A DNA stretch of 63,015 bases, the filler included, from a bacterium (GTDB lineage: Bacteria; JAMOTN01), in NCBI GenBank assembly GCA_027062325.1. It is 4 parts of 4 records of this genome, joined end to end, with 100 filler letters (N's around TTAATTAATTAA, not from the genome) between each part and the next. Parts side by side here need not be neighbours in the genome. Positions count along the whole stretch, not along the records: positions 58,608 to 63,015 come from JAMOTN010000063.1; 3 more parts are not named here. One strand, written 5' to 3'. The position numbers were made by a program, and so were the translations under genes. The notes beneath the pieces are model-generated. The model saw nothing but the letters and a program-made list of their open reading frames with translations, was not told the DNA's origin and did not search any database. This document shows, in pieces, positions 61,459-63,015 of this stretch (its first letter is position 1; the number at the start of each line of letters is the position of its first letter).

Positions 61459-61875
61459 TTACCTTATCTCCCTATCTACCACCAACCTTCCAACAACAAT
61501 GTATCTGTCATCATTTTTAGAAGCAAATTTTTTTCTCCAATCAACTCTAACAACTATTGCAGCAACAGATTCATCACCATTATAAGGCCTCTTCACAGTA
61601 ACAGTGTACTTAAACCTACCGTTAACTCCTGAATCTGTATATTCACCATTGACATTTTCCCTAAACCACCCAAAGGGCAAGTTTTCGTACTTCGCTATCA
61701 AATTATTTGCCATTATCGTTGCTAACGTCACATCTTCAGCTGTAGCAACAGTACGAGCACTTCTAAACTCCATCAGATACATAGGAGTAAGAACTATTCC
61801 TAAAACTGCTATAGCTATTAATATCTCGGTCAAAGTAAAACCAGACCTTCTCCATCTTCTTAGCTGAAAGCTCAT
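61459..61875 (-). CDS. Minor pilin/pseudopilin (PulI/PilV-like)
   Basis: SG|FTLTEILIAIAVLG class III signal; C-terminal V.V.W motif. Confidence 0.85.
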   Translation of the reverse strand: MSFQLRRWRRSGFTLTEILIAIAVLGIVLTPMYLMEFRSARTVATAEDVTLATIMANNLIAKYENLPFGWFRENVNGEYTDSGVNGRFKYTVTVKRPYNGDESVAAIVVRVDWRKKFASKNDDRYIVVGRLVVDREIR

Positions 61876-61924
61876 ACCCGTATCACCCCAAGAATATTAT
61901 CCACACCTTTACTAAATTTGACGC

Positions 61925-63015
61925 TCATTCGTAGCTTCTTTTCACAACATAAGAAGTAAATCCTCTTTTGAAAACAACCAAATAACGCTGTGGGATGTAT
62001 TTACTCAAATATGGAACTATGGATAAAAAACTTGACATTGTAACTTCTGGCTTAAATTGAACCTTTAAAACAGAGTCTTTTTTAAACCTTTTAGGATTTA
62101 AATCAACAGAGACAAAATTTCCACCTATGTAAACTTCTGCTCCATTTCCTAAATCCACTCCACCCAATGCCGTCAATGAAGCCTCATCTATTGATACTCT
62201 AACTTTATTTGGGAACTCAACAGCTCCCAAAACTATAATTGAAAACAGTTTTCTCTCTTTCTGCCTCTTACCCGGCTCAACTTCCACCTCCTCGTAAGGG
62301 GGATGTCTTATATCGCTTTTTATTACTGCATCTCCTGCAACGATAAGTTTTCCAGCCCCCAAAATATTGATTCCACCACTCTCATCAAAGATCATTTTTT
62401 TACCATTTGGAACCATTACAACCACTGTACCATTTAGCTTTATATTTCCATCTTTATCTCTTAAACTAGGATCATTAAAGAAACTTTCTGGATCAGGATA
62501 GACATAAGTAGCCTCATTCAAATAAACACTTAAAGGCTTAACTCCAGGAACAACTTCCCCTGCAACCTTTGAAAGAGCATCCGTTACCGTCTGCACCCCT
62601 TCAAAAAACTTCTTTCCCTTTCCATACTTATCCTTTAAATACTCAACTGCAGGCTTTCCACTTAATCTTTCATTTATTTTGGGTAACATATCAACTAACA
62701 AATCATAAGTGTATTCATTTTTTCCACCATCAACTTTGTAAATACACCCTCCGGGAATTGGAAAACCCAAAATTATAAACCATGGCCATCCCTGTCCTAT
62801 GATTTCAGTGTACTTTTTGAACACTTCGGATCCGTTAACACGGAAATTCAACGGAAAATCCAAAGCATATTCCCCAAACAATCTGAGCTTGGTATTAAAT
62901 AACCAATCCAAACCCCCTGTCAAATTTGTAGCAATTTTAACCACCGAATACCAGCCAAATGGAAAATCAGGAAGACCATTTGGGGCATTCGGTATCCCAA
63001 AATTTGGAACTTGCA
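61925..63015 (-). CDS. C-terminal part of a large protein upstream of the pilins (possible PilX/PulK-like, beta-helical end)
   Basis: Frame is open to the window end; G-x-hydrophobic repeats (LNGTVVV, GAGKLIVAGD, IGGNFVS); same operon as two prepilins. Confidence 0.5.
   Translation of the reverse strand, partial: QVPNFGIPNAPNGLPDFPFGWYSVVKIATNLTGGLDWLFNTKLRLFGEYALDFPLNFRVNGSEVFKKYTEIIGQGWPWFIILGFPIPGGCIYKVDGGKNEYTYDLLVDMLPKINERLSGKPAVEYLKDKYGKGKKFFEGVQTVTDALSKVAGEVVPGVKPLSVYLNEATYVYPDPESFFNDPSLRDKDGNIKLNGTVVVMVPNGKKMIFDESGGINILGAGKLIVAGDAVIKSDIRHPPYEEVEVEPGKRQKERKLFSIIVLGAVEFPNKVRVSIDEASLTALGGVDLGNGAEVYIGGNFVSVDLNPKRFKKDSVLKVQFKPEVTMSSFLSIVPYLSKYIPQRYLVVFKRGFTSYVVKRSYE

Noticed and set aside
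1..63015. CRISPR arrays, tRNA/rRNA genes, riboswitches, IS elements, prophage
   Set aside because: Intergenic gaps are all under about 250 bp and show no repeat-spacer pattern or recognisable structured RNA; no transposase, integrase or phage genes were seen. An Infernal/Rfam and tRNAscan run would be needed to exclude small RNAs formally.

Overview
This 63 kb window is not one continuous locus. It is four bacterial contigs (1-26506, 26607-53717, 53818-58507, 58608-63015) joined by artificial 100-nt spacers (44 N + TTAATTAATTAA + 44 N). The source looks like an AT-rich, flagellated, hydrogen-metabolising anaerobe that carries PolC; a thermophilic lifestyle is only a guess from protein composition. 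Content is mostly housekeeping: polC, cca, valS, pcm, ftcD, pcrA/uvrD, rpoZ, an addA-like gene, rseP, a fapA-like gene and polA. It also has a hydG-aspA-hydF-MCP operon, the start of a HydC/HydB (NuoE/NuoF-like) operon, fliK-like/flgD/flgE, a GAF-GAF-GGDEF cyclase, a >3170-aa putative surface protein and a pilin-like cluster. No rRNA, tRNA, CRISPR array or transposase was recognised by eye. The only mobile element seen is a 368-aa intein in PcrA. I did not find one clear-cut new multi-gene system. The best leads are: (1) PolC lacks the DnaQ-like proofreading domain but keeps the PHP ligands that are visible; (2) Pol I has a natural Tyr at the E. coli F762 position; (3) the intein's central domain is not LAGLIDADG-like; (4) RNAP omega has a delta-like acidic tail; (5) a coiled-coil/GrpE/zinc-ribbon/TPR fusion begins with a FliM-like peptide; (6) a 21-bp motif is shared upstream of two hydrogenase-related operons; (7) a 700-aa pilin-like protein.
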